Origin: Jatrophihabitans sp.
GTDB lineage: Bacteria; Actinomycetota; Actinomycetes; Mycobacteriales; Jatrophihabitantaceae
Assembly (NCBI GenBank): GCA_035642535.1
Contig: DASQSE010000016.1
Coordinates: 17,329-81,328 of the forward strand
Length of the DNA stretch: 64,000 nucleotides
Direction: 5' to 3'
In this document: positions 63,828-64,000 of the stretch, piece by piece
Numbering within the stretch: the first letter of the stretch is position 1
Layout of the letters: each line of letters begins with the position of its first letter
Position numbers and translations under genes: made by a program
Notes under the pieces: model-generated
What the model was told of the DNA's origin: nothing
What the model saw: only the letters and a program-made list of their open reading frames with translations
Database searches by the model: none

Positions 63828-64000
63828 ATGGCAGGCGAACCGTCCCAGACCGGATGGAACCACAACGTCCACTACTACCGGCTCATCTTGGACTCGATCC
63901 CGCAGCACGCACGATCTGCACTCGATGTCGGTTGCGGCGAAGGCACCCTGTGCCGGGCCCTTCGCAAACGCACACCGCACGTCGTCGGGATCGACGCGGA
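63828..64000 (+). CDS. Class I SAM-dependent methyltransferase (runs off window edge)
   Basis: My translation: MAGEPSQTGWNHNVHYY...ALDVGCGEG...VVGID. Confidence 0.8.
   Translation, partial: MAGEPSQTGWNHNVHYYRLILDSIPQHARSALDVGCGEGTLCRALRKRTPHVVGIDA

Noticed and set aside
1-64000. Hundreds of long overlapping ORFs in the track (e.g. 1860..4115+, 46620..50087+, 10664..12091+)
   Set aside because: Arg/Ala/Pro-rich shadow frames expected in very high-GC DNA; they lie over well-supported genes and carry no motifs.
1-64000. Mobile elements, CRISPR arrays, tRNA/rRNA, defence systems
   Set aside because: No transposase, integrase, cas gene, repeat-spacer array or RNA-gene signature seen by eye. A covariance-model scan was not possible.

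Overview
High-GC (roughly 70% by eye, not computed) actinobacterial chromosome segment. It is densely coding (about 65 CDS), and I see no rRNA, tRNA, CRISPR array, transposase or integrase. From left to right: RibD/DHFR-like (partial), DUF4386, UPF0182, GT1 glycosyltransferase, SnoaL, PPOX, a SigE-family ECF sigma with a putative anti-sigma, and a stand-alone Mo/W-bisPGD oxidoreductase. Next come a GNAT, an alpha/beta hydrolase broken by a 1-nt frameshift, DinB, a small secreted protein behind a 3x17-bp tandem repeat, and a TetR-SnoaL-SDR unit. A BMP-family ABC transporter operon ends in a yeast-type cytosine deaminase. It is followed by an orphan di-haem cytochrome b divergent from a P1B-5 ATPase-hemerythrin fusion, DsrE plus HD-LuxR, phospholipase C, a DAIP-like beta-propeller with a TrmB-LuxR regulator, a large secreted hydrolase, an MFS and a GH9. 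The right part holds a sugar ABC/beta-propeller glycosidase/PfkB/AgaR/AgaS/GatZ locus with no aldolase, and a complete RsbRST stressosome locus with hybrid kinase, REC-PP2C, anti-sigma and anti-anti-sigma but no sigma factor. The best candidates for undescribed biology are: (i) an aldolase-free amino-sugar route via tagatose-6-P epimerisation; (ii) the stressosome output chain with a degenerate RsbT-like kinase input domain; (iii) an orphan promoter-operator-terminator unit at 61.55-61.77 kb (possible sRNA); (iv) the cytochrome b/ATPase-hemerythrin/DsrE/HD-LuxR cluster; (v) the DAIP homologue. Family assignments rest on motifs read by eye and recalled knowledge; no searches were run.
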